This document shows positions 62,345-64,000 of a DNA stretch of 64,000 nt, one piece after another; within the stretch, counting starts at the first letter, position 1; every line of letters begins with the position of its first letter. The stretch covers positions 37,014,001 to 37,078,000 of the forward strand of contig OZ336876.1 in the NCBI GenBank assembly GCA_965287045.1, read 5' to 3'. The position numbers and the translations under genes are program-made. The notes below the pieces were generated by a model. It ran no database searches. It saw only the letters and a list, made by a program, of their open reading frames with translations, and was not told the DNA's origin. This stretch comes from Carcharhinus amblyrhynchos. Lineage: Eukaryota.

Positions 62345-62462
62345 TAAGTCAACTATGGTTAACCAAAAAAGTCAAGGATAGTATGAAGTTGAATTAAAAA
62401 ACATACAAAGTGGCAAATATTAGAGGCATGCCAGAAGATTGGGAGAGTTTTAAAATCAACAA
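62345..62462 (+). mobile_element. CR1 ORF2 fragment
   Basis: LWLTKKVKDSMKL..TYKVANIRGMPEDWESFK. Confidence 0.7.
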
Positions 62463-62477
62463 GATTTAGAGCCACTG

Positions 62478-62526
62478 AGTGGGATTTTCCAGCTGCGCTT
62501 GCCCCAAAACCAAAAAATCCCACCCA
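62478..62526 (+). mobile_element. Half-MITE hairpin module
   Basis: gagtgggattttccagctgcgcttgccccaaaaccaaaaaatcccaccc is the reverse-complement match of 18050-18095. Confidence 0.7.
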
Positions 62527-62643
62527 ATGGCTCTAAATTTCTTTCGGGTGCAATGACTGCAATTTAGGCAAATACAGAAACCAATTTTCATACAAGAATA
62601 TCCCAGCAAATAGATGAGTGACCCTGATTTTAATTAAGAGAGA

Positions 62644-62664
62644 TATATATATATATATATATAT
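62644..62664. repeat. (AT)n microsatellite
   Basis: Direct inspection. Confidence 0.95.
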
Positions 62665-63819
62665 CGGCCAGGACATGACTGGAACTGTACCAAGTAATAT
62701 TTATGCCTTGTGAAGCTTATCTAAGTGTGTATATTCTCTTTTCCACTTTTTGTAATTGTCAAATCATTCAATAGACAGCCCTCCTGTGATATACGAATAT
62801 TAAAAGTTGATTTGGATAATTAAGTAAATTTTATGATGCCACACATTGTCGCACAGTCTGTGATTTTGTACTATTTGAAATGAGCACTTGCGACTTTATG
62901 ATGCCAGTTTAGTGTAACTTGGGACCCCTTCAGCAGCACAAAGTCTTGCAAAATTTACTTTAATGCGTTTATGATGGAGAAGCAAAACTTTGGGATGTGG
63001 GTACTTACTGTCTTTCTCTCACGGTTAATGATGGAAACTGAATCTATAGATTGCATTGCAGTTAGCCTGAAGCATCAACTAGCTGCCACTCTATTTATAA
63101 CATTGCTACTTGCTGTGCCTAGTCTTTCTCTTTGATGTTTTAATAGCACCGCTGATCAAGGGAAAAAAGAGACCTTAGCAACAGCACCATTATGACTAAT
63201 GGCAATTTTATACATTGATTTTCAATCTGAGTTATTGTTTGCAGTGTATAAATTCGGTTTGCAAATTTGAATTAAGAGCAACTGAATCACACGCTCTGTT
63301 GATTAGTCTGCTCAGCTTCAACAAAAACCTAATCAAATAGGCAGCTGAGTGCTGGGAAGAAGACTATAGATACTCCAATATAACAATGTCTCAGACTACA
63401 ACATTCATTATATCTCCCAGTATTACGACAAGTGTTTGTATATGGTTTTGTTTCTGAGTAAAACTGAAAGTAAGCTACCCTAATCTACACAATCTCTATC
63501 TCTATTTATTCCTTTCAATGTGCTCAATCAAGAATTGATCCAAAATTAATAGTGTATTGTCTCTATGATTAGCTCCTTTTCTTATGAAATCATAATATAT
63601 TTTGAAACACTACGCACTGAAACACATTTCTGACTCATTCACAATTCTTCTAGCCAATCTCCAACATAAAAAGATTGTTTCCATTAACATGCTCTCATGA
63701 ACTGAAATATGACCTTGTGGGTGTGAAGTAGCCAGGTTAGCAGGTCACAAGGTGAAAAATAGAAAAGGTACAAAAGGTGATTTTGCTGACTGATAATAAA
63801 GGCTATACTGATAGACTAT

Positions 63820-64000
63820 GGGACAGGTTTTGAGCCCGTGCTCCCTGGCCGCGGGAATGGCGGCCCACACACAAATTCCAGAGATTCTCAAAAAGCATAA
63901 TTCGTGCCAGTGACTTTTTGAATTGCGATCTTCAAGCCCCCTCGCTGACGGGATAGCATGAAATAAGCTGCAAAATGCCAGGATGTTCAATTTAACATGT
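63820..64000. mobile_element. Start of a CpG-rich GC-TIR-type element running off the window
   Basis: Abrupt CpG/GC rise: gggacaggttttgagcccgtgctccctggccgcgggaatggcggcc. Confidence 0.4.

Overview
Eukaryotic, AT-rich, gene-poor DNA that is mostly transposable-element relics. The repeat set points to a cartilaginous fish, most likely a shark (inferred from repeats only): HE1-type tRNA SINEs, HER1/CR1 LINEs, Deu-domain SINEs, Rex1/Babar, RTE, L2 and Penelope-like elements. I found no intact host gene. The one host-derived coding sequence is a processed RPS18 pseudogene (58654-59185). Main elements: many CR1 copies, including two young ones about 95% identical, one with an unbroken 508-aa ORF2 fragment; two inverted (palindromic) Penelope-like insertions, each with a 10-bp TSD and degenerate hammerhead-ribozyme motifs; a Gmr1-like Gypsy relic and a candidate solo LTR; and a large family of GC-rich TIR elements/MITEs with 3-bp TSDs and Myb/SANT relics (PIF/Harbinger-like). 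The most unusual signal is the density of local inverted duplications. These are a 695-bp-arm palindrome built around a Penelope terminus, two inverted copies inside LINEs, an inverted flank duplication around a MITE, snap-back hairpins at retroelement 5' junctions, and a retrocopy bounded by an inverted 9-mer that also carries a 25-nt Penelope-terminus insert. Family names come from motif recognition by eye, not database searches, and boundaries of old elements are approximate.
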